Of a stretch of DNA of 64,000 bases, positions 1-13,809 are shown in pieces. Under the pieces are notes generated by a model that was not told where the DNA came from, did not search any database, and saw only the letters and a list, made by a program, of their open reading frames with translations. A program made the translations under genes and the position numbers. How positions within the stretch are numbered: position 1 is the stretch's first letter; the number at the start of each line of letters is the position of its first letter. Where the stretch lies: NCBI GenBank assembly GCA_951406725.2, contig OX597823.1, positions 68,262,001 to 68,326,000 of the forward strand, given 5' to 3'. This DNA comes from Octopus vulgaris (lineage: Eukaryota).

Positions 1-1419
1 TCATGTTTTGAATGATAGCATATACATAAAAATATGGTACAAGAGTGGGTTTGGCTGAGTTAAAAGGGTAAAAGGGTGTCAAACACATCAGTTCATATCC
101 TATTACAAGCACTTTGTCCAAGCTTAAGACAACTTACTCTAAAATAGCTTGTGCTATCTAACAATAAATAAGCATCAATGGCTTGTGAAGACAAGTATTT
201 GGTTAGGTTCCAGTTCATACTTTGAATATAGCATAAAAACAGAGTGAGCATTGCCAAGTTGATTCATCTAAGATACACTTCATGAAGATGGTATCTTCAG
301 TGGTTCCCCTACAGCCCAATGGATAATGTGACATATATTACCTTATTTGGTTATCTATGTTCTATTACAAAAGCAACATATAATCATCACTGATCATGGG
401 TGTAAAATGTAAGCAGACAAAGAAATTAGGCAGAAGCATTTCATATTTGCATAAAAGTTAATACTCTAGAATAAATAAATAGATGCTGATAATAACGATA
501 ATCTGTTACTATTTTGTGATTTGTGAAAATTATTACATTCACATATCAAAATCTAGTGTACAATTGGAAGGTAAATCTTAACAGATTTGTTTTGGCTAAG
601 AAAAACGAAAATAAAAAAATTGGATGGAATTCTTTTATTAACAAAGTCAGAAATGTTTACAAAAATTTGTGTTTTTAATTATTTAATTTTATATTATATT
701 AAATATTTCATTCTAAAGCTCTAACATTTGATTGAACTCTCCTGACATATTCAACAAAGGAAGCTAATCAAAACTCAAATTAAATCTCTATAAAATTATT
801 TTCTATGAAAACTTCAAGCTAATATATGTACAGTTAATAACTATTTTTAAAAGTTACCTCATAGAAGTGAGGTAGAGAAAGGTGTAACAAATCATTGGTC
901 TAAAAGCTATATACAAACAATTCAAAAGTATCATGCTAAACAGAATTACTATGTAATTATACAAATATTAATTAGTAAAGATTTGGGATTTCAAGGTGTC
1001 ATTTTCCTCATTGACTACCTATGTGCCATGAGCCAACTCCATAATAATCCATTGTGTAGAATCTTAAAATGCTGTTAGCATCATGATACTAATTTCATCA
1101 AACCGTACAATTAAATACAGGAAACAAGACTGTAGGACAATGAATGAAAACATAAAAAAAAGAAAAAGAAAACAGAGCCAAATTAATATTCAATAAACTG
1201 AAAAAGGATAAGTTTCAGATATTAAAGTTGGACAAACGTTCCTTCAGATAGTAAATAGCTATACATACCTTGACTAATAACCAAACCAAGAAGAAAAAAA
1301 TCAAATCGTGAATTACTTAGGCTGATAGTCCTTTAAGAGTAGTTATATTTTTAAATGCAAAATTTCAAAAAGCATTAATAGACAGGTTACAACCAATATG
1401 CCATCTCCTCAAAATATGT

Positions 1420-1800
1420 TATCCGTCAGAAACAAAGAAGCTGGCAAAAGATCTAATGATACAACTAAGAATAGCTCAACATGCGCACAAATGTATTATG
1501 CTTAAAATCAAGTGGAAAAAATGCAAAACTAATTGATCTTTGAAGAAGTAAAACTATGAGTCATTGTCAAATTTATAAAATAGTTGAAATGGAAGTGATC
1601 TGAATGCATTCAAAAGATGCATTCAGATGGGTGAACAAAAACAGTAACTGACTTGATTCCAAGAGGCAAACAAAAGAAAAAAGGATGTCAATAAACAAGG
1701 TGGAGGAATGAATTGGATTAGTTTGATTAAAACTCTGGATTCGAGCTAAAAATTGAAAGTTATGTAAAATATAAGGTAGGTCTTTACCCAGTAGGATTGA
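1420..1800 (+). mobile_element. Decayed 3' end of an RTE-clade LINE
   Basis: From about 1584 it translates as LKWK*SECIQKMHSDG*TKTVTDLIPRGKQK, matching the RTE C-terminal pattern KWxWAGH..D.RWTK..W.PR..KR. It is followed by (TA)n. Confidence 0.6.
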
Positions 1801-1812
1801 TTGGTTTATTGA

Positions 1813-1813
<1 letters not shown>

Positions 1814-1883
<70 letters not shown>
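1814..1883. repeat. (TA)n microsatellite
   Basis: Read directly from the sequence. Confidence 0.95.
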
Positions 1884-1886
<3 letters not shown>

Positions 1887-2105
1887 CTGCATGTAAATGA
1901 ATGTGAAACCATAATGTGAATTAATGGAAAGACTTTAAAAAATATTCCTTCTTTTTAACTTTAGGTTACAGTTTAGGTAAGACAAATATTTGTTGATAGG
2001 TATGAATGCCAACTCAAAAGTTTATTTATGATTTAATGAACCCTTTGATTAAATGATTATTTCTTATACAATGAGTAATAGTTATTTAATTTATCCATTA
2101 ATATT

Positions 2106-2308
2106 GGTTTCAAATTTTGGCACAATGCCAGCAAGTTTGGGAGAGGGGATTAGTCTATTATATCAACCCCCAGAGTTCTGCTGGTAATTATTTTATTGAC
2201 CCTGAAAGAATGAAAGGCAAAGTTTACCATGGTAGCATTTGAACTCAAAACATAATGTTGGACAAAGTACTGCTAAGTATGGTAACGATCCTGCCAGCTC
2301 ACCACCTT
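2106..2308 (-). mobile_element. tRNA-derived SINE, family B (MetaSINE-like core)
   Basis: The minus strand begins AAGGTGGTGAGCTGGCAG and has a B-box-like GAGTTCAAATG and the core GCCTTTCATTCTTTCAGGGTCAATAAAATAATTACCAG. There is a candidate 20-bp TSD at 2086-2105 and 2307-2326. Confidence 0.85.
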
Positions 2309-5024
2309 AATTGATCAATTAATATTAAATGTTAAATAAATCTATTGTAGGATGTCTTTTAAAATCTTTTCACAATAATGGTGGAGTTAATCACCCTTTT
2401 TTAACTACATCAACAATCATTATAGCAATTGACACCATCTCATTTATGATAAAGCAAAAGCAAAGTATTTATATATTGATAATATCTGTAAATTACTATA
2501 AATAATGTAGGTGAAAATTAACTTATAGGAACCTAAATATAAAACCTTGGTTAATTTTTAAAATTAAAGAAATTCAAATGTGAAAGGAAAAAGTAACTTT
2601 AAAATAATATCATTTTATGGTAACTGGATTCTACATTTAAAAAAATGTGTCACCTATTTTCAAAGGTTTTTAAATAGTTATTCTTCTGGTGAATTGTTGT
2701 GTAGAACCAAAAAATACAAAGAAAACAAAACCAGTTTGGTTAATGGGATGGAGAGAAAAAAAAAAGGAATATTGAATATAGGATCAAGCTACGTTATCAA
2801 GCATACATAACGTTCAGTCAGTGCTTTACCTTACAACCTTTAGCTTTATATTGTTGGTAAATATGTAAAATTCTCACACTGTATTAGGGTGTTAACGTTC
2901 TTTTCAAGAGTCACCAAACTCATCCTTTCTGCCAGCCTCAACATTCCTATTATGATGCTATTGTCCTTTTTATTTCATGCTGTTCAATAGTGTAATTTTA
3001 TGCATTTCTATTCAACATCATCTCATATGTGAAACACAACTACCCAGGGTTTGATTAATCTCATATCAAGTATTCTAAAGCCTATTTCAGCTCTCACTAT
3101 ACTCTCTTTTAACATTTTGTTTTTTAGCTATAATGGCCACTTTACTACAGGGATACTTTTACTATTCCTATGGGTATATATTTTTAAGAGGCCTTTTGAA
3201 TTCAGATTTCTTTTTTACCATTCCTTTAACTCTTGGACTATTTTTGCAATAACAATTACCTTATCAGCATATAAAAGTTCTCAAAATAAAATAAATAACA
3301 AAAGCATATATTAATGTATCCCAACCATATCTAAATAGATCAAATCAGAAATGAAAAAAAAAAATTTAGGAAGTATTAAATTTGCAAATATCAATAAAAA
3401 AATAAAGAAATTAAAGATAATACATATCACATGGAGTCAGCCAATAAATATTAAATGTATAGTTTTTTATATGTTACTTTGATCTTTAATAATCTAGCTG
3501 TCATTTAACTGTGTATCAGTGATATATTATTTCATTCATTCCTTGATCTTAGATCCAATACTAATCTATATAATTAAAAACAAATATAACAGCATCCACT
3601 CTTCCTTTCCATGAAAGCTTACATTAAATAACTGAATATTTATAATGATTTATGAGAAAGTTACAGTTATCAAAGTTTCTAATGATTTTTTTTATGTTAA
3701 CACATCTGTTGATATGTTCATAATATTGGTTACTATTGTCAGCACAAAGCCACAAATATACTTTTTGTGAGGTGTTGTCAGTTGAATTACCCATAGTACT
3801 TCACTTGTACCTATTATATTGAACCTGGAAGAAAATACACTTAAAAACAAGTGTTGTGATTTTATTTTAATAATTGTTCTTATAGGATTGGCTAATTTAA
3901 TTCAGGAATTCTGTAAATAATTCTATTTGTTAATAGATACTAAAAAACAGTTATTTAATTGATCAATTAATATTAAACATTGAATAAACCTATTGTAGGA
4001 TGTTTGATAAGACATCAAATGCATCAACAAGAATCCAGGGGAATACAAGCTGTTCATAGTAGACACAACAAAAATATAAATTAAATAAATTAAACTATAG
4101 TAATTTCTTTTTAAAATCCTCTTCTGATATACAATATGAATAGATCACAAACACAGTCTTCTTCAGAAATACCTTTCAACTATATGTCTATGCACATACA
4201 AATATTTAGAGGCATTAATAATACAGCAAAAATGCTTACGTAAAACACTAACAAATATACACTAACATTGCTATGATACTGATTGTTACAATGAGTAGAA
4301 CTTCTACACTGAATTTTTCAACAATCTTAACTCAATCCAAAAAACAAATCCACTATGCTAATCTCTGATATAAAGTATTATGATTTTTATTATATCATAT
4401 GATCTTCAAGTAATATGCTGAATTAAACTAGGTGCTAACTCCAACTGACAACACTTGTTCTTAAGTGTATGTTCAAAATGTACTTTGATTTTTTAAATTC
4501 TGAAATGCTGCTATTAATTCAAATCCTGTAAAAATGTATATATTATATTATGTTACACTCAATTTAGTGTGATTTTATGATTGCAACACACAGAAGTACT
4601 GAAATGTTTATTGCCAATTATTCATGACCAAACTTAGAATTCCGCAAAATATTTTGATTTTTGTGAAGTCAAATTACAAATTGGTTCTAAATAATTGTCA
4701 TCATGTAAATACATATTTATTTATTAATTTGTTGTTATAAGTCTTCAGACACTTGCCCAAAGTGCCAAGCAGTGTGACTGAGTTTTGTGTTGTGCTCTGT
4801 ATGTGTGTGTTGTATAAGTAAAACAAGAATAACTTTTCTTTCAAATATGTTATATCAAAGCACAACTGCTTTCAAGTTTGGTCTATTTAATTAAGGATTT
4901 TTCATATCGACTTATCAGTTAGGTTTAGAACAGTAACATTCCAAAATCCCAAGACTTTCACAATCTCATTTTTAAAGTGACTGTAATGTCATACAATCTG
5001 TTATAAGTCACAAAGAGTGACTTA

Positions 5025-5027
<3 letters not shown>

Positions 5028-5071
<44 letters not shown>

Positions 5072-5600
5072 CATATGTATGTATGTATGTATATATTCAT
5101 TCATATACATACATACATATATATCTTAGGTAAGTACTGGCATTTATAAATCATATGAGTTTATACTTTTGATTTAGTTACCACTCAAAATTTCACATTT
5201 ATAATCCTTAGGTAACTATGTATAGATAAGACCCTTTATATGTATGAGATAAAACATAAGAATGCTCAAGTGTGTGTTTTGTGAATAAGTACATAAGATG
5301 TTTAGGCATGAATTCATAATGTAATGCATAGGATAAGCTTCACCTCTATCTCTGCTCTCACAGCAAAATTGATGCCTGAAGAATTTTTTCCACTCTATTC
5401 AGGATCAGAGAAGTAATAATGAGATGTGGATTGGATTATGGTATCTGAACAACCAAAAACTCAATTAAATTAATGCATACATAAGAATAAAGCAGTGTGT
5501 GGTAATACCACAGGTCATCTGGGAGACTGATATAAATATTAATGCTACCTTTTTCACCAAAACAAATATAATTCCCTGTACACATATACCTATCTATATA
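5028..5600. repeat. (TA)n plus an interspersed repeat, probably a Penelope-type terminal repeat remnant
   Basis: A non-microsatellite block bounded by TA-rich microsatellites, containing GATGCCTGAAGA. The family assignment is inference. Confidence 0.35.
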
Positions 5601-5739
5601 TATATAATTTTTAGCCTACATTTAGTGAGACAATATTTTAAAACTTTTAAAAGCCTCTACAACGAATAGCTGATAATGAAGTAATCACCTGATGTATTTT
5701 TTGTCAATGCTTATTCTCCAAGCATCATAAATACTGATC

Positions 5740-5990
5740 TATGACTTGTCATAAGGATGCAGGATATAAATAGATATACAGTTGATAGCAAAATTGAAAA
5801 AAAAAAGGTTGGCTAATAAATCTCAAAGTTAGGTGGTGACTCAAATAGAGATGTTTGAATATTGATTTATACAAAAGATGTTGATGAATCAAGAAAAACC
5901 ATTGTAAAAGTAGAAAGAAAATACCAGTGAAATTGTACCATAGACAACTGAAGTGGAAGTCTTGTCAAAATTTACAGGAAATGAATGTAC
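5740..5990 (+). mobile_element. Highly decayed R4/Dong-like endonuclease fragment
   Basis: A frameshifted DI.LI.K.EKK.WLI...GDS pattern resembles the restriction-like endonuclease region of the copy at 30.5 kb. Confidence 0.3.
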
Positions 5991-6170
5991 ATTTTTGAAA
6001 TTTTAAAGAGAAACAATGAAATAGAGAGAAAGAAAAATATTGCATGAATAGATATGATCTAATATAATATAATATAATATCATATATATATATATTCACA
6101 TATATTTACTTTTATCAATTTGTGTTGCAAGATTCTTGATGTGAAATTGTGTGTTAAAACAGACATTTTT

Positions 6171-6506
6171 GTATTTTAGGATGGTCATTTTCTTTTTTTT
6201 TTTAGCCTAATAAGCATATGCACTATATATTTGTTCCTCACTCATTTATTACTGTTCTTTTTTTATTTTAATTTATGTCCATTGTCAGGAAATTTTTCAT
6301 CACATATCTGTGACCTCTTCAGTGACACTTTTTGTTTTCATGTGTGCTCTTGCTCCCCTTACTTCATTCTGGAGTAAGTAGATGAAAGATTTCTGGACAA
6401 TGGACATGAGTTACAATTAAAAAAAAGAACAGTTATAAACAAGTGAAAAACAAATATATAGTGCATGTGTTTATTAGGCCCCCAAAAACTGACCATCCCA
6501 AAACAC
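6171..6506. repeat. Inverted repeat with arms of about 130 bp (6171-6301 and 6381-6506)
   Basis: GGATGGTCA..GCCTAATAAGCATATGCACTATATATTTGTT..ATGTCCATTGTC matches the reverse complement of GACAATGGACAT..AACAAATATATAGTGCATGTGTTTATTAGGC..TGACCATCC. Confidence 0.9.
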
Positions 6507-6519
6507 AGCAATACATACA

Positions 6520-6560
<41 letters not shown>

Positions 6561-6594
6561 AGTATAATATATATATGTACGAGTGTGTTCATAA

Positions 6595-6633
<39 letters not shown>

Positions 6634-7447
6634 CTTAGTAAGACATCCTGTTTGTTTGATACTTAAGATAAAATATATATAATTAATCAGAAACAACCAC
6701 TTGGAAAGATACAGTGTGATGCTTGTATATGTAAGATATGAAGCAAAAACAACAATAAATGTCAAAAGAAAGTGAGCAGGTAAAAAAATGAAGAAATATG
6801 AGAGAGAGAGAGAGAAACTGTGAACGATTAGATATGTAATTTTTTTTTGTTAAACCTTTCCAGGTTGGTGTATTGTAATGATATAACATAATCTACCTAT
6901 TATTACTGGTCTACACTGCATTAACAAGATGCTAAAGATGATGATTAATGAGTTACAAAGCTGGTCGCTGTGTCATCAATGAGGTGTCTCATCCAAAATG
7001 CATGTGGATGCAATCCTAAGTTTAAATATGCAGCTAGATTAAATAAACAAGATAAAAGGCTTTTACATACTGGATTATTTTAACATACAGAACTGTTCAG
7101 TTATCACTGTATATAAAATTATATATAAAGCACATGCATGTGCGCACACACACACACACACATGCATAAAAATATATGTTTAGCTGTACGAGTGTGCATG
7201 TACATGTAGGCTTCCACCACCAAGAAAAAAACAAAACAACCTTGTCCAGGCCAGCACTTAGGGTTACAGATACATGGCCACTCCTGACTAAAGGTGGCCT
7301 CAGGTATAGTTATATGTATATAATTATGGGTGAGGTAAACACCTGAAGAGAGCTTTTCTGCATACTACTGAATTGAAATACTGCAGAGTCTTACATATGT
7401 GTCTATAGATATATAATTATAATATGACTATATTCTCTCTCTCTATT

Positions 7448-7690
7448 CATCATCATTGTCATCATTATCATCATCATCATCATCATGATCACCACCACCA
7501 CAAATTAATGTTCATTTTCCATAGTGGCATGGGTTGGATGGTTTGACAGGAGCTGGCAAGTCAGGTGACTGCACCAAATTCTATCTGCTTTGGCATGGTT
7601 TCTACAGCTGGATGCCCTTCCAAATACCAACCACTTTACAGAATGTAGCAGGTACTTTTTTTCTGTGGCACCAGCACCACCAGGGGTCGC
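7448..7690 (-). mobile_element. SINE family C (Ceph-SINE-like, RTE-type tail), 3' part
   Basis: (CAT)n tail plus GCATGGGTTGGATGG...TTTCTACAGCTGGATGCCCTTCC. Same family as 16895-17362. Confidence 0.8.
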
Positions 7691-8389
7691 CAAATAACTT
7701 ACAAGACAAAGCTGCTCAACTGAAGGGGAAGAAAGAAAAAAGTTGAGAAAGTCACCTATAGGAATTGAACCACACATCTGCCATATTTGCTCCAATGATC
7801 ATGAAAATTGATCCATAGATGTGATATGATTTGCATTGGTGAATTTATCTTTTTTTTTTGGTAAAAGATTTTTTCCCGATATATTTTATGAGCTACATGT
7901 GTCTGCATTTGCAACTGAGCAAGTTTATAGAAAGACATTATATTCCATTATCACCATCCTCAACTTTAACATTTTAACCTCTAGTTTTCATGGGGCAGTA
8001 TTTCCTATGGTCAGATACTGTTCTTGGTGCTAATTCTTACCTGTTACATCAAATGACTCAGACACGTTTTCATGGAGGACAGCAAACAACTAACCCTATT
8101 TGTATGAGCAGTAATACTTTTGGTAACAGTCAGTGCACATATGTCAAGACATATCAACGGGCCTGGACATGCTTTCATGGTGGACTACAAGCAAATGACA
8201 CTGTTTATATCAATGGTGAGACAATCACCACACACATCTGAACATAAGGGGAATATGGACTCAATCTCTCTCTCTCGCTCTCTCTCTTTATCCCCCTCTC
8301 TCTCTTTATCTTCCCTTTCTCTCTCAGTCTGCCTCTGTCTCACTTTCTTTCCCTCTTTCTCTCTCTCCTACACACACACACACACATAC

Positions 8390-8550
8390 ATGCAATGGGT
8401 TTCTGCCAGTTTCTGTTTTGCATAATTCAATCATGGGGTATTTGTCAAACCACAACTATAGTAGAGGATTCCAGCTGACAAAATCCATGTAGTAGAATCA
8501 AACCTCTAACCTCATGGTGTTGAAGTAAAGTTATTAACTACACAACTTGT
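8390..8550 (-). mobile_element. SINE family A head, decayed
   Basis: Diverged match to the 5' half of the copy at 49590-49985. Confidence 0.5.
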
Positions 8551-8599
8551 ATCTATGAAATATATGACAGACTTAATTTGTCACCCAGTTTAAAACCAT

Positions 8600-9129
8600 A
8601 ACCTGGCTTCTTGAGGCTTTTGACAAGTGCCAATCAGTGGCAGGTATTTTGAAAATACTTTTCCTCACACATGACCATAGTCCATCTTTCTTTTCCTGCA
8701 TGGACATTTAAAAGAACGGATGTGCTTTTTTCTCTCTCTTTTTTTCAAAAACAAAAATATTTCTCCCAGCATTCACTATTTTCCTCTTGTTTTGGTCTAA
8801 TGACCCTCCATGTTTGTTTTCATTCAGTTTCCTTGTATATTTCCACTATCATTTTTTTGTTCCCAACTTTGACCCTCCATAAATCCTAAATTTTACTTTA
8901 GAATTTATGGGAACAATTGTCTTTGAAGACTCATATTGTTATTGACTGCTTGAAATGAGGACTAGACATACAGCCAACAACTGATGAAGGGTCCTTTCTC
9001 TGTGTTTACTTGTCTTGTTTTCCATTCTTTTCTTGTTGTTTATGTATATTTCACTTGTTTTTCCCTCGTTTGTTTATGTATTTCATGTTATTTACACCAT
9101 TGGTGACATCCTGTACCTATATATGCATG

Positions 9130-9130
<1 letters not shown>
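8600..9130 (+). mobile_element. Penelope-type terminal repeat remnant
   Basis: CAACTGATGAAGGG, then a T-rich tract, then CATCCTGTACCTATATATGCATG. The same layout occurs at 60440-60600. Confidence 0.45.
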
Positions 9131-9181
<51 letters not shown>

Positions 9182-9429
9182 AATATATATATATATAACA
9201 TATATTATTCATATATATATATATAAGATTAAAATGAAACGTGATTGTTTTTATTCATGATTATATATATATATATATATCATTATCATTAAAATTATTA
9301 TTTTGCAATACTATTCAATAATTATAAATGCTATTCATTATCAATGTCATCTGTCATACTGTGCTGCAATCATCTTCCTCTCCCTCTCTCTCTCACTGTA
9401 TGTGTGTATATGTATATGTGTGTGTATAA

Positions 9430-9820
9430 GGGTTGGTTGTGCAGTGAGTTAGAAGTCAGCCTAATATCCACATGGATTTGAGTTCAATAAGACTAAGACT
9501 TTGCATGAGACTGGTTAAATGCTTTCTACTATACCAATACACGGAGACTAGAATCTGATAAATTGAAATGGCAAAGAAGCTTGTCATATATCTGCATTAT
9601 CTATATCTACATATGTTTCTATGTTTATAATTAAGATATGAAAGCAAAATAGCTGATTTTATATCCTGTAAGATAGTGATTTGCTAAATAGAGAATGATG
9701 AAATACATAGTTTACTGAAATAGCCACTGGGGTTAATAAGATCAATCAAAACCACTACCTGAAGTCTATGCTCCTGCATAGATGAAGTTTGAAGACAGAA
9801 AACAGTAAATGAATAAAAGA
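9430..9820 (+). mobile_element. SINE family A, old full-length copy
   Basis: tRNA-like head (TGAGTTCAA), CTTTCTACTATA and a tail ending GAAAACAGTAAATGAATAAAAGAA. Confidence 0.55.
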
Positions 9821-10458
9821 ACATGTATTCATGCCTGCTTGTGTGTGTATATACATATATATACACACATATATTTACATGTATACACATATAACATAAA
9901 TACACTCTACTCTGCTATATGCATTGTGTACTTTCTTCTTGTTCATTTACCCAAAGATACACGCTTACACACACACACACTATATATATATATACCAAGA
10001 AAAGAGAGTGAGAAAGAGAGAAAGAGAGAGAGAGAACAAAAACAGATTCAGATACTAAATAGAGAGGTGGCATAGGAGAAGAAAATATTAGATGGTCTGT
10101 GATAATTTTGAAAGAAATAAAAATATATCTTATCTAATACCATCTATATACTACTATCTACTTAATCTCTATGATTCTGATAGTTACATAGGATATCTGA
10201 ATGTAACATGTTGTATATTATCACATTCGGTTATGATACATGGATCAGTGGGAATTATAGGATATATTTGGCAATACAGTGCCATAAAATGTTTCAATTT
10301 GGGCAATAATTTCACACTTAAATATTCTTATCAACATCGAACATGTGATGTAAGTTAACAGAGATGAAGAGTGAGACAACTATATGATGAAGAAGAGAAA
10401 AAGTTTTTACAGAGCATCTTTGCGCAGTGAAATTTGCCATCCTGACACGTGTTCATAC

Positions 10459-10551
10459 CTCTCTGTAGTATTTCTCCACAAAAGCTCTACATGTCAATTC
10501 CTTTGCTTGATATTTTTCCATGAAGGCAAGAGGAAATACTACATGGTAAAC
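10459..10551 (-). CDS. Internal coding exon (93 nt, phase 0-0) of an unidentified host gene: VYHVVFPLAFMEKYQAKELTCRAFVEKYYRE
   Basis: Acceptor is a T-rich tract ending tttattttaaag. Donor is GAG|gtatga. Length is divisible by 3, only this frame is stop-free, the sequence is non-repetitive and the composition is protein-like. Confidence 0.75.
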
Positions 10552-13404
10552 CTTTAAAATAAACAATAATGAAAAAAAATAACAAACAAATATGAACACA
10601 GTAAATTTAATAAAGCATCATCAAAATATGTTTGTGGAGAAAAAAAAGAATGCTATTGTGACCAAGGACTTTGATTAACAGAGATATAACCCAAGTGTTT
10701 GTGCTGGAATATGTCTAATAATGAAATATCAGTGAGTGGGATACTGACTGTTTGACACAGATAGTGGATGTATCAAAAGAAAAGAATTATCCAAAAACAA
10801 ATTAGAGAGAGAGAGAGAGAGAGAGTAAAGGAGTGAGGATAGAAAAAGAAAAAATGTGATAAAGAAGCAGCGTGTCATCATTAAGGTCTCAATGAGAAAG
10901 ACTGTGAAATATTAGTAAAGTGTAAAAAAAAGATAGGAAAAGCATGAGAATGTAAGGATAGACAATGTAAGGTGTATGTGTGTGTGAGAGAGAGAAAGTG
11001 AGAGTATGTGAGTGAGAGAGGCTATGAGAGAGAGAAAGACAGAGGTCATGAGAGAGAGAGAGAAAGAGAGAGAAAACACCAATAGCCATGTTCAAATCAA
11101 TAAACTCTGACATGCAGGGAAATTACAGCAAACTCATGCATTAACTGAGATAAGTAGAGTTGAATGTGAATCTATGCAAGTTTGACTGTAGTAGTTCTCT
11201 CTTGATGCAGTTATCAACATAACAACAACATGCAACAAGCTTTCCTGTAAATGCTAACTGCTGTCTGCCTGACTGAACATTTATTTAGTTCATTCCTTGC
11301 CATTTCAGGCACCCTCATCCAATATTTCTACTACCTTATCTTGTTGTAATCTTTGTTATAGCATCCATAACATGTTAGAAGCACATGTTTGTTTGATTTA
11401 GGTTTCCCTATGTAATGTGGCAGTGTGGATTTATGTGATTGTAACATGAAACCTACTGTCAATAAACTAATACATGAAAAGAAAAATTTAATTTTAGAAT
11501 AAGACATTTGTGCATTGGAGTGGCTTCATAAAAAAAAAAAAAGCATGACCGTTTAAGACAGGACAGTTTTATTTCTCCTATTCATAAGCATGAAAGTGTT
11601 CTAAAAATTTCTTTAATGAACAGACAATTGTTTTCATTATAATGAATGTTTTCTCTTGAGAGCAAATATAGTGGTAAATTTAAAATGCACTGAATCTACA
11701 GTTCAATTTCATTTGAACCGTTTTACTTTGCTTATCTTTTTACAACACTAATTTTCAACTATAACTGAACACCTGTGTGTACCCTGAAGTTTAACTTTCT
11801 TCAATGATAAGGAACTGGCTACCAGTTAAGTGTTTTGGATTTTGTGTCACAAGCTGATCTGCTCTATGTCAGAATGGAAGAGAGGATTATAACCTCTAGT
11901 CATATTTCAGTCGCACTGAAAATAGGGTAACTGTAGTCAGTATTTAAATTGTTTTGGAATAACCCAATAACTGGTTCAAAATTATGAAAATAAAAATAGA
12001 TTGTTTACATCCTTTTCTTCTGATTCTGCCATTTTTATGCTATGGTGACATCAAGATTTGATAATTAAATCTTGTTCTTTGTTTTACACTGAAATGAGCA
12101 ATCTTTGCCTAAGTTAAACAAGTCATTTAAAAGAAATCCAAATCTAGTGCTATTATGATTTAAAGCAATTGAGCTTTTAGATATTTTTTTCTTTTAACTG
12201 GTGAGTAAATATGTGTTAGGAAATTTAACAGAAGAAATATAGTATAAATGTGACAATATATTCAGTATTCTAGCTCTTTAAAATCAGACATATTGTCACA
12301 TATTGAAACTTGGATTTGAAACGTATGTAATAGAATTTCTTGTCTTGTGATGCCATATTGCTTCTGATTAGGTATGGTATTTGGCAAACTGCTCATGGGG
12401 AATTTATTTTAGATCTTCTATTGTCATTTCATTGTATTTCTCAATAGAATATTTTCCTCTACATTATTTCTGTTCAGGAATTCATAATGAATCAATCAAG
12501 AATGTTTACTGTACCAATCCTGTTCTGTTTTAGACTAGAGTTCACCACTCATTTCAGTTTGCCTAACTATTGGAAACAGACTAGGATTCTGAATTATTCT
12601 GTGTTAACCTCATCTAGCACATGGCATGCACCACCAGCTAGATAATTACAAGAGTCACTAAATATTAAAGTTTTACTTCACACAGATAGGTTTTGGTAAT
12701 ATGGCACAAGCACTTGATGTGTTAGAAAAGGCTGTCTATGTTAGTGGCATAGTAATGGTAGTGACAAATGAGAGATTAGTTAATTGAATTACAAAGCTGT
12801 TAAATGAAGCAATACAATGTACATATTAAGGAGTGTACAATGTTAAGAAGTGGCAGAACAGAATAAATGAATAAAATAAACAATTTAAAAGAGCAATAGA
12901 AATTGAGCAAAATGTGGATAATATTTGCCATGAGAATATGCAAGGCAAAAGGTAAGTTAACAGTTGACATACAATGTCAAGGAGCGAAGAATATCGGAAT
13001 TAGTAAGATCAAACAGGGAACTAAGAATGAAAGAAAGAAAAACAAGTAAATTAGAGACAGAGATCATTGAAAACGAGTGGCAGAGAGGTGTCACAATACA
13101 AATAAATGTTAAAAATATTCATTATACTTTTATATGATTGTTTATTTTTTAAATTTTAGAACTTCAACCTCATTTCCTCTTTTCCAAAATAGAAATCCTG
13201 CCTACATTGCATGAAATATTTAGTTAGCTTATATGACTTGCAGCTATCTTTGATTCAAAAGATCTCAATCTATTTCCCCAGGTTTCAAATTATTCTTGTT
13301 GACAGGTCAATCAACGAGTTCCATTTTTTTCTATTTTCTCATTGCTGTTTCCTTCCTTTCTTTACACCACAGAAGCAGCTTCTTTCTTTATGAAAAGTTC
13401 TTGA

Positions 13405-13421
13405 TATATATACATACATAC

Positions 13422-13485
<64 letters not shown>

Positions 13486-13516
13486 ATGTGTGTGTGTATA
13501 TATGTATGTATGTATG

Positions 13517-13561
<45 letters not shown>

Positions 13562-13763
13562 TTTGTGTGCATATGTATGTACACACATATAAATATATAT
13601 GAATTTAGATACACATGTGTTGATATAATTGAAAAAGAGAAGTGTCTAATACTCATGCAATATATTGTAACTATACATACATACATACATACACATATAC
13701 ATACATAGATATTACATATAAATTCAGCTACACCAAAAGATATATACATATAATGCACATATA

Positions 13764-13809
<46 letters not shown>

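Noticed and set aside
1598-1628. Perfect 12-bp inverted repeat ATCTGAATGCAT/ATGCATTCAGAT
   Set aside because: Short, inside decayed RTE coding sequence and with no U-tract. Probably chance or a local repair event.
13296-13758. Overlapping ORFs rich in YI/HT/CV (also 6359-6682, 33374-33668, 46241-46751, 60162-61587)
   Set aside because: They are translations of (TA)n and (CA)n microsatellites.
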